The notes under the pieces were generated by a model. It was not told where the DNA came from. It searched no databases and saw only the letters and a program-made list of their open reading frames with translations. This document shows, in pieces, positions 14,214-25,400 of a stretch of 64,000 nucleotides of DNA. Both the position numbers and the translations under genes were made by a program. The stretch's first letter is position 1. Each line of letters opens with the position of its first letter. Origin of the DNA: Octopus sinensis (Eukaryota); assembly GCF_006345805.1 (NCBI RefSeq), contig NC_042997.1, forward strand, positions 55,366,001 to 55,430,000, in the 5' to 3' direction.

Positions 14214-14503
14214 ATAGAATGGTTGTATACTGTCAATCTAACAAGAACGTGACAGTAGGGGGTACACCACCGTGGTATAGCCCTAGGAGGCATCGAACAC
14301 CTCCTGACAGCTTCGACACATTTTTTTCCTGTGTCCTTATATACATAAGGTGTTTGTCTCCCCTTCGTATATGTATATAAGTACACAGGAAAAAAATGTG
14401 TCGAAGCTGTCAGGAGGCGTTCGATGCCTCCTAGGGCTATACAACGGTGGTGTACCCCCTACTGTCACGTTCTTGTTAGATTGACAGTATACAACCATTC
14501 TAT
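14214..14503. repeat. Fold-back inverted repeat (134-bp arms, about 3 mismatches, 22-nt loop)
   Basis: 14214-14347 is the reverse complement of 14370-14503; right arm abuts (TA)n. Confidence 0.95.
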
Positions 14504-15289
14504 ATATATATATATATAATATATATATATATATATGTATACTAGCATATTGCCGGGTCATAGTGCTAGTGCATGTATATATGTGTATATATATGTGTAC
14601 ATATTACATGTACATCTATATATATACATCTACACATAAAATACAAAATACAAAGTTATATCTTGATATCGCTAGTGGTAACAATGCTCAAAATATATAA
14701 CAGACTGGAATTGTTAGCCCGTCTCTTGTAATTTCGATCAATTTTATCTTGTCCTCCCTCTTGTATAGTAGTGTGGATACAATCCAGCTTACCTCTACTT
14801 CGGGAAGGGGGGGGGGGCGCTTAAAATTTTTTTCCAGGACGTCTTACGTCCCGGATATAAAGGTAAATTTAAAATATTTCCACTTTGCAAGTTCGAGTCG
14901 AGTACTCTATTGTGGCGAATTTATCGCCTCTGATTAGATATCTTTCATAGTCGCACCAAGACACTTTCCTCCATGTGTTCAAATCTTCTTTTTTCTCTAC
15001 ATTGTATACTTTTTATTATCCATCTAGACTATTCCATTTCTGCGCGCTAATTTTATTTTTAATTTATTCCCATTCATGTGAAACCACTTATTCAAGTTCA
15101 AGTCATTGATGCAATTTTATACCAATTGCTATTTTTACTTTTGTTATGTGACGATTATATTATACTTTAGCTTGATTTTAATTATTACTTACTACATATA
15201 ATTCAATTGTTATTATTATTTTTATTGTTAAAGTGAAAGTATCTGACATAAAATAGAGAAATGTTTTTGTTTCACTTTTAACACGTAAT

Positions 15290-15492
15290 ACTGAAATAGT
15301 GGAGAAGATATGATATTGCTATGGGCTCGCCCTAGGCAAGAAGTTGAACATTTTTTTGCCCATGAAACTACATGGACCCTAAGTAAGGCATGTGTAAAAT
15401 TTGAATGAAATTGGTTGTGTAGTTCTCAAGTTTTAGGGAAACACACAGACAGACAGACAGACACACATTCTCAGTTTTATATATATAAAGAT
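15290..15492 (+). mobile_element. Lep1/HINE-like non-autonomous Helitron/Helentron 3' end
   Basis: aaatttgaatgaaattggttgtgtagtt...(acag)n acacacattctcagttttatatatataaag resembles, from memory, the Lep1/DINE-1-type 3' architecture. Confidence 0.5.
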
Positions 15493-15505
15493 ATATATAT
15501 ATATA

Positions 15506-15670
15506 GGCGCAGGAGTGGCTGTGTGGTAAGTAGCTTGCTAACCAACCACATGGTTCCGGGTTCAGTCCCACTGCGTGGCATCTTGGGCAAGTGTCTTCTG
15601 CTATAGCCCCGGGCCGACCAATGCCTTGTGGGTGGATTTGGTAGACGGAAACTGAAAGAAGCCCGTCGTA

Positions 15671-15711
<41 letters not shown>

Positions 15712-15952
15712 TATGTGTGTGTGTGTGTATGTGTGTGTATGTGTTTGTGCGTCTGTGTTTGTCCCCCTAGCATTGCTTGACAACCGATGCTGGTGTGTTT
15801 ACGTCCCCGTCACATAGCGGTTCGGCAAAAGAGATCGATAGAATAAGTACTGGGCTTACAAAGAATAAATCCCGGGGTCGATTTGCTCGACTAAAGGCGG
15901 TGCTCCAGCATGGCGGCAGTCAAATGACTGAAACAAGTAAAAGAGTAAAAGA
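15506..15952 (+). mobile_element. SINE-B full length
   Basis: Head ggcgcaggagtggctgtgtggtaag (A box) and ccgggttcagtccc (B box), core, internal (TA)n(GT)n, 3' module ending gctccagcatggc..gactgaaacaagtaaaaga. Confidence 0.9.
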
Positions 15953-15984
<32 letters not shown>

Positions 15985-16361
15985 GTATGTATATATATAT
16001 GTGTGTGTGTTTATATGGTAAAGACAGAACATGGAATATACGAGAATTTATTATTAATCATGACAATTGTTTCGACACACTTATCATTGATTCCTCATGG
16101 ATGGGACTCTCAAAAACTACTTCAAGAGCATCTGGTGGTGCAGGTTTATCTCGTCGTGTGATAAATAAACACAACTCGTTAAAATAAATGTTCCGCAATG
16201 TATCTTTCCGTTTTGTAGAAAGACAAGCAGCCAGACGGAGGAAATATCTAAATTTATATAGAAGATCAAAAGTAAAATCACAGATGGCAAAAAGAGAAAC
16301 GAACACGCAATCATATATATTATTATATTTATATATTTTATTATATATATATTATATATAT

Positions 16362-16393
<32 letters not shown>

Positions 16394-16418
16394 TATATAT
16401 ATATATATTATCTATATG

Positions 16419-16447
<29 letters not shown>

Positions 16448-16452
<5 letters not shown>

Positions 16453-17021
16453 GAAATATTAAAATTACTAAGTCTCTATAAAAGAGAGTACGGCAGCGTT
16501 TACTGGAAATTAATTGTTATCACCATATTAATATGGCATTCTTATAGATATAAGAATAATCGCTGCCGCTGGTCAGCTCCATGAGGCCACCGCCTTAAGA
16601 TAGCTATTGATACACGATCTGTATCCATTATAACCTTCGAACAAGGGAGGTCAGTCGCTTCACACTACCAGTCCGTAATCTCTTTTATAGAGACTTAGTA
16701 ATTTTAATATTTCTATTATTGAAAACAAGTGGATGTATTCCACTGAAACTAGGTAAATAGAAACCTTCGAACAGAGACGTCAGTGGCGACACCTGCGGGG
16801 TCTGACTGCGCTACATTGACAAGGGGCAATACCCCGAAACGCGTCTGTAGCTGTTGGACTGGCAGTGTGAAGCGGCTGATCTCCCTTGTTCGAAGGTTAT
16901 AATGGATACAGATCGAGTATCAATAGCTATCTTAAGGCGGTGGCCTCATGGAGCTGACCAGCGGCAGCGATTATTCTTATATCTATAAGAATGCCATATT
17001 AATATGGCGATAACAATTAAT
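16448..17021. mobile_element. Nested inverted-repeat element with hammerhead (probable PLE pLTR rearrangement)
   Basis: B arms 16509-16674/16856-17021 (166 bp, about 5 mismatches); A arms 16448-16493/16673-16718 (46 bp, 1 mismatch); HHR fold at 16810-16851. Confidence 0.75.
16810..16851 (+). ncRNA. Type I hammerhead fold with mutated core
   Basis: gctaca TTGACAA gggg caata cccc GAAAC gc GTC tgtagc: perfect stems I and II; core differs from CTGACGA at two positions. Confidence 0.6.
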
Positions 17022-17036
17022 ATATATATATATATA

Positions 17037-17405
17037 GGCGTAAGAGTGGCTGTGTGGTAAGTAGCTTGCTCACCAACCACATGGTTCCGGGTTCCGTCCC
17101 ACGACGTGGCACTTTGGGCAAGTGTCTTCTACCAAATTCTTGTGAGTGGATTTGGTAGACGGAAACTGAAAGAAGCCCGTCGTATATATGTATATATATA
17201 TATGTATATATGTATGTGTGTCTGTGTTTGTCCTCCCAACATCGCTTGACAACCGATGCTGGTGTGTTTATCTCCCCGTAACTTAGCGGTTCGGCAAAAG
17301 GATCGATAGAATAAGTACTAGGCTTCCAAAGAATAAGTCCTGGGGTCGATTTGCTCGACTAAAGTCGGTGCTCCAGCATGGCCACAGTCAAATGACTGAA
17401 ACAAG

Positions 17406-17408
<3 letters not shown>
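17037..17408 (+). mobile_element. SINE-B (small internal deletion)
   Basis: Same head, core, microsatellite and 3' module as 15506-15952. Confidence 0.9.
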
Positions 17409-17440
<32 letters not shown>

Positions 17441-17659
17441 TTCTATATATATATATATATTACATAAATGCATGTATATCTTTTCAATGTGTACGAATAA
17501 CAAGGAAAAAATAAATGGTTACCAGGATACCAAAAAATTACGTAAGTGCCAAATATATTACAGCCTAATTATAAAGATAGAAATTCCATGGTTAAGAGAA
17601 ATGTCTTTGCATAACATGGATAAATTACGAAATGGGGTCAAACGCAGGTGAAATTCAAA

Positions 17660-18440
17660 TCATTTATACATCCAACATATGTTTCGAAGAAAGCATTGAA
17701 ATTATTCCGGAAGGAATAAAAAGGATGAAAAACAATGCAATTATCTAGTGAGGGAAAAATGAACAAAACACATCAATAAGCCGTATACAGTAAGTATATG
17801 ATGAAAGTAGAACACTAGCAAGTTATTTTTAAAAAATCCGTTAATAGATTTAACGTCAAAGGTAAATCAGAGAAAGAGAAGGAAAAGAAAGAAAGAAATT
17901 AACAGAAAATTAAAAGTGGAAAAATATAATGTGATAGATGAATGGGAATAAATTTTAAAAGCATGGAAATAGAGATATATGTAGTAGAAATGAAATGTAA
18001 GACTGTTAAAGTAGAATTTTATAGATTGGTAGAAATTACTAGTAGGAACTAAATATATGTTTTTGTCAATGTTTTCAACGATAAACACGTTCTTTAAACG
18101 CGTTTACAAGAGTACTCTTCGAGAAAAGGATGAAAAATAGCTCTTCGTTACAGAGCGGAGAGAAAGATTTACCTTTGTCATATGGGAAGGATATAGATAG
18201 AATTTTCCATTCCAAAATGCATTGTTTATTATGTTTATTAAAGACCAAATAAATTTCCTAAGCCCAGTTTTGTTGCGTTTATTGATATATCTTAATGTAG
18301 AATAATGATTAGATATTATTTCCGACAACTGAGACGAAGAACTACCTATATAAAAAAAGACATCAGAACTGGAAGTAAATTTACATCGATAAATAGAGTT
18401 TCTGGTCTTAGAGTTACTTCTAGGGAGACGAATTCGATTT
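17660..18440 (-). mobile_element. Penelope-like element 3' part: GIY-YIG endonuclease plus 3' UTR/pLTR remnant
   Basis: Manual translation NSIYRCKFTSSSDVFFYIGSS..NHYSTL..NKTGLRKFIWSL / WKILS..PLCNEELFFIL..LVN; downstream cttcgaaacatatgtt (reverse complement of 17674-17689) matches the HHR end at 21509-21524. Confidence 0.7.
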
Positions 18441-18789
18441 GAATTTATATCACAAATATTAATATTGTTGCTGTTATTGTTTAAAGAATAATAACGTTAA
18501 TGATATCACTGTTATTATTTTCATTAAGTGGATTTGTATTTAATAACTTATGGTTATGTGAAAAAATTATTTGTGAAAGATTTTTGGTGCTTGGAAAACC
18601 TATCCTAGTTAAGTGTGAATTGATAATGAAATGGTATTAGGAATTTTTTGGAAAATCTTTATCTACAGCTTCACAAAACTGATAAGGAATGTTGGATTTG
18701 ATCTGCTTATCAAATGGAATGATCAACCAAATCGCTTTACTAGAACCCACCTTGTTATTTGGGTAATTTTATTTAAAAACCCTCCATTT

Positions 18790-20341
18790 ATTTTTATAGA
18801 GACAACCGTTCTTTATTTCCCTTTATACGTATTAACCCAGCTAAAACTGAAATAGGCATTATTAGCAAATATATTTTAGATTGTATTTTAAGCAAGTGAA
18901 ATAGAGAATTAAATTTACAGATTTGAAAAAAAATAGCAAGTCAGTGACAGATTGGTTCAAAGGAATTAGCCATAAGGATAACTGCATATTTACGCAGTTT
19001 GATATTGTTGATTTTTACCCGTCAATATCTAGGCCTTTGCTTCTAAAAGCATTAAACTTCACCAAGCAGTATGTCACTATCGATAGCTCGGAAATAGATA
19101 TTATCCGTCATGCAAGGAAATTCCTTCTTTTTTATGATGAATCTACATGGGTAAAAAAGAGTGAGGATTCTCTATTCGATGTGGCGATGGGGGCATATGA
19201 TGGGGCGGAGTTGTGTATGCTTGTAGGAACTTATATTTTGCATAACCTGCATCTATAATTCTCTTTTATAGATGTAGGGATTATACAGGGATGATGGTCT
19301 TATAGTCACCCATAATTTAAACGGCCATGAGTTAGATAAACTTATGAAGAATCTGATTACTTTGTTCTAAAGAATGGGCTTACGGATTACGATAGAAAGT
19401 AACCTTAATAACGTAGATCTTTTAGATATCAACCTAGATTTGCAATGAGATAAATTTAACCCCTACCGCAAGCCCAACGCAAAGCTATGTTATGTTAGCA
19501 AAGAATCAAATCATCCACCCGTAGTTCTTAAGAACCCAGTTAGTAATGTGGAAAGGCGAACATCATCAATTTCTTCAGATGAGACAGCATTTCAAAATGC
19601 CGCGCCGTATTATAATAATGCATTAAGGAAAAGTGGATTCTCGGGGAAGATCCAGTATAGTCAAGCTAATTCTAACAATAATAGACCACGTAGAACTAGA
19701 TCTTGGAAAGTTTGTAATTTTACCTCGCATTTAATATTGCTATAGGTAGGGAATTCTTAAAATTTATTTTTAAATATTTTCAATCTGGCCATAAGTTCTA
19801 TATAATTTTTAATAGAAGTGTTAGCTATTCTTGATGCAAAAACTTCGCCTCTTATATTAATCAGCATGACACGAAAATATTACAACCACAGTGCCGAATC
19901 TAATCAGAGGAACTGCGACAGCAAAGGTAAGACTTGATGTCCGTTGGAAGGTAAATGTCTTGAAAAAGGAATCACTTATAGAACAAAATGCAAGTAGATG
20001 GACTACAAGAATATAAAACTTATACAGGGGCATCGGAAAATTGATTTAAGACTCGGTTTTATTCTTACCTAAATTATTTCCGATACTCCAAGAATAGGAC
20101 AGCAACAAGTCTAGCAAAGCGGCACCCTTTCTTTCAATGTAACCTGGGAAAAGCTTGAAAAAGCATCATCATACAAACATGGAGCTTATAAAAGACCTAT
20201 GAAATGTAATCTTTGCCCCTCAGAAAAGTTCTTTATCCTGTTCCAGAATAAACAAGCTTTGAACCAGAGATGCGAGCTCTTAAATTCCTGCAGCCACGCG
20301 GCGAGGTTTCAAATGTCAACCGATAAAATACCGCATGCGTA
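18790..20341 (+). mobile_element. Penelope-like element (RT plus C-terminal GIY-YIG), degenerate; Nematis-like motifs
   Basis: RINPAKTEIGIISKYILD, FDIVDFYPSIS, FDVAMGAYDGAELCMLVG, PYRKPN, SNHPP, AAPYYNNAL, CPLEGKCL, FKTRFY, CNLCPSEKFFIL..LNQRCELLNSCSH; many stops and frameshifts; clade label from memory. Confidence 0.9.
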
Positions 20342-20639
20342 AAATGAATTGACTTTCGGAAAATTTTGACTGTCGTATATGAATTTGACTTTACACCTTA
20401 TAGTTATTTTGTACTACAAAAGGTAGTGCATATTTCGACTTCACTTTTACAAATTTACTAATTTAAGCTGAAGTTTCACCGATGTTTATTATTATTGTTT
20501 ACTCACATATTTAATTATGTTATTTTAATTTATTTTGCAATTTCCTCATTTTAAAAATTTAATATTATATATACCAGGTGATTTTAAAAAATGTTTCCGT
20601 ATATACGTTATGATGTATATATTTATCTTGATGTGAAGA

Positions 20640-20799
20640 TATGTTTCACTCTGTATATACGTATAAATATGTATATATATATATATGTATGTGTATATAT
20701 ATAGAGGTATGTGTATATATGTATATGTATGTGGGTATATGTGTGTATATATATAGGCAGAGGGAGGAAGAGGAGAGAGAAGAGAAAGAGAGAGACATA

Positions 20800-20835
<36 letters not shown>

Positions 20836-21043
20836 AGAATGAAGAATATACGAGGGAAATGGAGAGACAATGAGAGAGAGAAGTATTATATGAAGGAGAG
20901 ATGGAAAACGAAAAATATACGAGAGAGGGATAAGAGAAAGATATGAAAGAGTGAGGGAGAGAGATGAGGGAAAAGGGGAGATATCAAGGAGAGAAAAGTA
21001 GAGCAGGTAACGAGGTCGTGAGGGAATGAGAAAAAATAGAGGG

Positions 21044-21122
<79 letters not shown>

Positions 21123-21182
21123 ATTATATTCATATATATATTATATATATATTATGTATGTATATATATATATATATATAAA
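20640..21182. repeat. (TA)n, (GA)-rich and (TATC)n microsatellites
   Basis: Direct inspection. Confidence 0.9.
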
Positions 21183-21370
21183 GTTAATCCAAACAAGAAA
21201 GCACAAAAAAATACAACAACGCGAGGACGTGGAACAAATATAGTATTATTGGGCGCTCAGGTAAGAAGGAAAGAAGGAGGGCTTAACGTTTCGAGCGGAG
21301 CTCTTCGTCGGAAACATAGGAGAAGGAAATATCCAGAGAAGGGAAGACAGAGGAAAAAATCGCCAACGGA
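21182..21370 (-). mobile_element. Probable PLE pseudo-LTR with minimal hammerhead variant (21281-21315)
   Basis: Reverse complement gttt CCGACGA a gagc tcc gctc GAAAC GTT aagc; element ends in (TA)n. Confidence 0.6.
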
Positions 21371-21438
21371 AAAAATCGCTATGGGCTCCGTGTGGGCAGT
21401 CATCTAAAAGTTTTTGTTCATCTTGATGCTGACATAAG

Positions 21439-21537
21439 TTCCTTGTTTTTCCTGATGAGAAGGCGGCATAATGCACCCCTTATTCCTTCGAAATTAGGAA
21501 TATGCAGCCTTCGAAACATATGTCGAGAATAAAGGAA
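21439..21537 (+). ncRNA. Type I hammerhead ribozyme with intact core and expanded stem II
   Basis: Stem I ttccttgtttttc/gagaataaaggaa (11 of 13 paired), CTGATGA, gaaggc/gccttc, GAAAC atat GTC. Confidence 0.8.
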
Positions 21538-21769
21538 TTTTGTTAATTCGTCGTTCAACTCCATTCTTTCATTTAATTGTATAAAGAAACACACAAATTT
21601 CCACACGAAAGCACGTGATCTCTGCCCTTGGCATGTAGCTTCAACCGTATTTTTCTGACGTGAATTTGCTACCCAGGTATCGGTTAACCGAATTATCCAT
21701 AATAAGATAATTCATTCAACTACATATATATATATATATAAATTATATATATATTTATTACATATGTAT

Positions 21770-21836
<67 letters not shown>

Positions 21837-21889
21837 TATCATATAATAAAGCTTTAATCTTTGCTCTTAATTTCACAATAATTCCCCCA

Positions 21890-23420
21890 CAGGTTATCGG
21901 CATCATATTAACCGCCAGAAAAAAACTGTAATTCATTTTAACAACACAAACTGGACAAAGTCCAATAGATATGATCAATTTGATATAACAATGGGCTCAT
22001 CACACTTAGCACAAATTACAGATCTGGTGGGCCTATTTTTATTATCACAAATTAAATCAAACTTGGCTGATATAGCGGGCGGATAATACAGGGATGACGC
22101 TCTTCTCATCAGCAGTCGAAGGTACTAACAAAATGATACAGAAATTTCTCAAAATTACTATAACTTAGATATTTTATTTGAAACCGATACCATCAAACTT
22201 TCTCGATTAATCTGAATCTAAATACCAACTTATACAAACCATATCATAAGCAGAATCAAACACTACATTACATAACTGTTCCCTCCGATCAGCCTACAAT
22301 TACTATAAAAAGTATTGTAACCGGAATTTCAATAAGGATATCGAATTTATCTTCTAACAAGACAATATTTAATAACCATGCTCCACAGTACAACCAAGCA
22401 TAACAGTTAAGTGCTTTCCAGGAAAAAATATATTATATACATACTACTATACTAAAAACAAAAATGGCAAACACATTTCCCGAAAAGAATGCCAAACCTA
22501 TGAAATCTGCCTCTATTGAAAATCAATTAAATAATCCGAAACCAAAGTTACACAAAAGACCACACCGACCGTACCAAAAATCTACGTTAAACACGTATGA
22601 TACCCCCAAATGGAAATATAACAATGCCCAACAATCTATCTAAAATGGAGAAAACGGAAAATCATTTGGTACGCTTCTCCTTTTTTCCTTCTAATAAAAT
22701 CTTTACCGAAATTTTTCTTTAAAATTTTAAGAACAAACTTTCCGAAACACTATTCCGTATTCAATAAATCTTCCGTGAAAATTTGTTACTCTACAATCGA
22801 AAATTAGTGCACAGACAGCTAAATACAGTAAGTCAGATAAACACAAAAATCCTGGCCAATTTTCCAACAATAAAACACACAGAACTCTTAGCTCCAATAC
22901 GATTGTCCAGTCTCAAATTGATATCCACAATCTAAATAAGACTACTGGCCAGCAAACTAATACTTCGGTCCCAAATTTATCCAAATTAAAAACTAAAATA
23001 GTAAAAGACTAAAAAGTAAAAAACAATAAAAAGATTCAATTGTCGCGTAAAAGATTCCTGTCCCCTTACTGGACATTGTGCGCAGTATAACGTTGTTTAT
23101 AAATGTCAGGTGTCCACACAAGATGCACAGAATAAAATATATATCGGTAAGACCATTGATTTCAAGCGGAGATATCGAAATCACACCAACTCTTTTAACG
23201 ACCTTAAATATAAAACCGTTACCACGGGAAATGTGTTTGCCATTTTTTTTTTCAAAATTGAAAACAAAATCCATGCATTAAAATGGTCCATTGAATCTGA
23301 AGCCCTGTAATATAACACTAATTTAGGTAGGTGTAAATTATTTATAAGAGAAACGCTCGTCATTCTTCGAATGCACAACCCATCACTATTAAACACATTC
23401 TCAGACGTGCAAACATAAAA
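21890..23420 (+). mobile_element. Second Penelope-like element (RT C-half plus GIY-YIG), highly degenerate
   Basis: FDITMGSSHLAQITDLVG, YRDDALL, KPYHKQNQ, ISNLSSNKTIFNNHAPQYNQA, KRKIIWYASP, CPLTGHCAQYNVVYKCQV..KIYIGKTIDFKRRYRNHTNSF. Confidence 0.85.
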
Positions 23421-23491
23421 CTTACACAACAACCTTACACTATAATTACTTTGATTAGAATTGAACTAGGATATAGTTTAAAACAAATTCT

Positions 23492-24440
23492 ACAGGGAAT
23501 ACAGTCCCATTTCCATTAACCGGTACCTGTGGACTATGTGTTTTACTGAGTCTATCTTCTTTATGTAGTGGTGTTGGATCGCCTCTAGTTCCGCAATTAG
23601 TTTTACGGTCTGTGATGATCACAGTTGGGAGCAGTAGTCGAGACAACTGAGAGCAAAATTTCTCCAAAGCAGAAGCACTGTGTCTCAGTTCCTGGTCCTG
23701 AAAGATCTAAGGATCCAATTTACTACCCGCCTGCATAATGTTTCCATCTGAACAATGTACACATGGAAAGTTGCATCGTTGATCATGTGGATTCCCAGGT
23801 CACGCTCCGACTCTAACTCTGGGATTTTATGGCCTGCTGATCCCAGTTGTTGTTTGTTTGTGGGCTGAGGCATTGAACTGCATATTATTCTCTTCTGTCC
23901 ACTTACATATGGCATCCAGTTTATTCTGCAGTATTAGATTGTCAGTAGGATCCTTGACCGCCTGCGATACTTTTGTATTGTTGGTAGAGCTGGTGAGTGT
24001 GGTTGACTCTATGGCTAAGAGCATGTCCGAGAGAGCAACCACAAACAGTAGTAGTCTCATCACTGTTCCCTAGAAGACTCCACTGAGGATTAGTGACACT
24101 TTGCAGAGAGCACCATTTGCTGTGACAGCCTAACTTCTGCCTTATAGGAAATCATACTGCCACTCTCCCAGTCTACCAGCGATACCGAGGTCACGCAATT
24201 TGTGATATGACTTTCTCATAGGCCTTGGCAAAGTCGAGATATATCACACCCAAATTCGAGTGGTTGAGGTTTTTGTTTTAGTACCCAGTCAAAGTGCTGT
24301 ACTAGCTGTGATAGGCACTTCCTTCCAGGACTGGAGTCATGTTGATTGTTGGCAAGTCATTTTCTTCTAGGAGAATCCGCTCTTGTGGTTTTGGCTGTTT
24401 GTTGCTTTCAAAACTTTTATGGAGCGTAGAATTTCATACA
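23492..24440 (-). mobile_element. CR1/L2-group LINE fragment (same family as 6560-8665)
   Basis: Reverse complement: IYLDFAKAY, LFVVALSDM, NNMQFNA, ESERDLGI, WILRSFRTR, RLDYCSQL. Confidence 0.85.
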
Positions 24441-24536
24441 GCTTTGGGTCCGGTATGTAGTATTGGAAGGCATTGCATAATAGTATTATATGTTTCGTTG
24501 TTTCTGGGATTGTATGTGGAAATATAAGTTAATATT

Positions 24537-24600
<64 letters not shown>

Positions 24601-24809
24601 GCATATATATGTACGTATGTATGTATGTATGGAGTAAAGGCAGAGATTACGAAAGGAGATACGTTGTTACTTCTGAAAGGGTTACAAGATTTGGTGTGTG
24701 GAAAGTCTGGACATTTCACAAACAGCAGGAACAATATATGGATGTTGTTTATTCATATAGTAGAAGGTGGACAAGAAAGAGAGAGAGAAAGAAGTTAAGT
24801 GTGAGGCAG

Positions 24810-25400
24810 GTGATAATAGATGTTGTAGAATGATCTCAATAGGAGTACTGATCTGCATACTTGTAAATAGGCTTTTTTGACATTTACAGAACATAGATAG
24901 GTATAGAGGTGAAGCTCGTGAGAATTTCAAGAAATCCTGGTCAGAAATTGATCATGTATTATACAGGGGAGTATAGTTTAACTAACTTATCAACTGTTTT
25001 AGTCGTATGGCACAATTTAAGAGATGATGGGTCTCTGGAGACATACTGACTTATGGGTTTTGACGCAAACATAAATGTAAGCTGGTGAAAATTCACCAAT
25101 AGCTTTGATCATTTTGAAATCTTTGTTTTATACTGTTAACGGCGTCAATAAGTCGGTTGAGAAGGACTTTATATTGCAGTGTTGTATCTCATGGGATTCT
25201 TTTGAATTTGGAGCTGTCATAGAGATTTTAATTGATTTTATGGTTGTATTCTTCAGTATCTAAAATGACGATGATGTTACTTTTATCACGTTTTAAAAAC
25301 AAATAATGATAGTTTTAGTGTTTGAAAATGCTGTGTAGGTAAGTATTTTATAAACCAAGATTTTCCGTTGGTTTCGCTTCTCATTAGCAGTTGTTTTATT
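24810..25400 (-). mobile_element. Penelope-like RT N-half fragment (Penelope/Poseidon-like motifs)
   Basis: Manual translation DKSNIIVILDTEEYNHKI, PAYIYVCVKTHK..LQRPIIS, KSLFTSMQISTPIEIILQH. Confidence 0.7.

Noticed and set aside
18075-18095. TGA at the conserved Cys of the PLE endonuclease C-x-H motif (YR*KH), suggesting selenocysteine as in Naiad PLEs
   Set aside because: The copy has other stops and frameshifts, TGA is one substitution from TGY, the domain order appears C-terminal EN rather than Naiad-type, and no SECIS was recognised.
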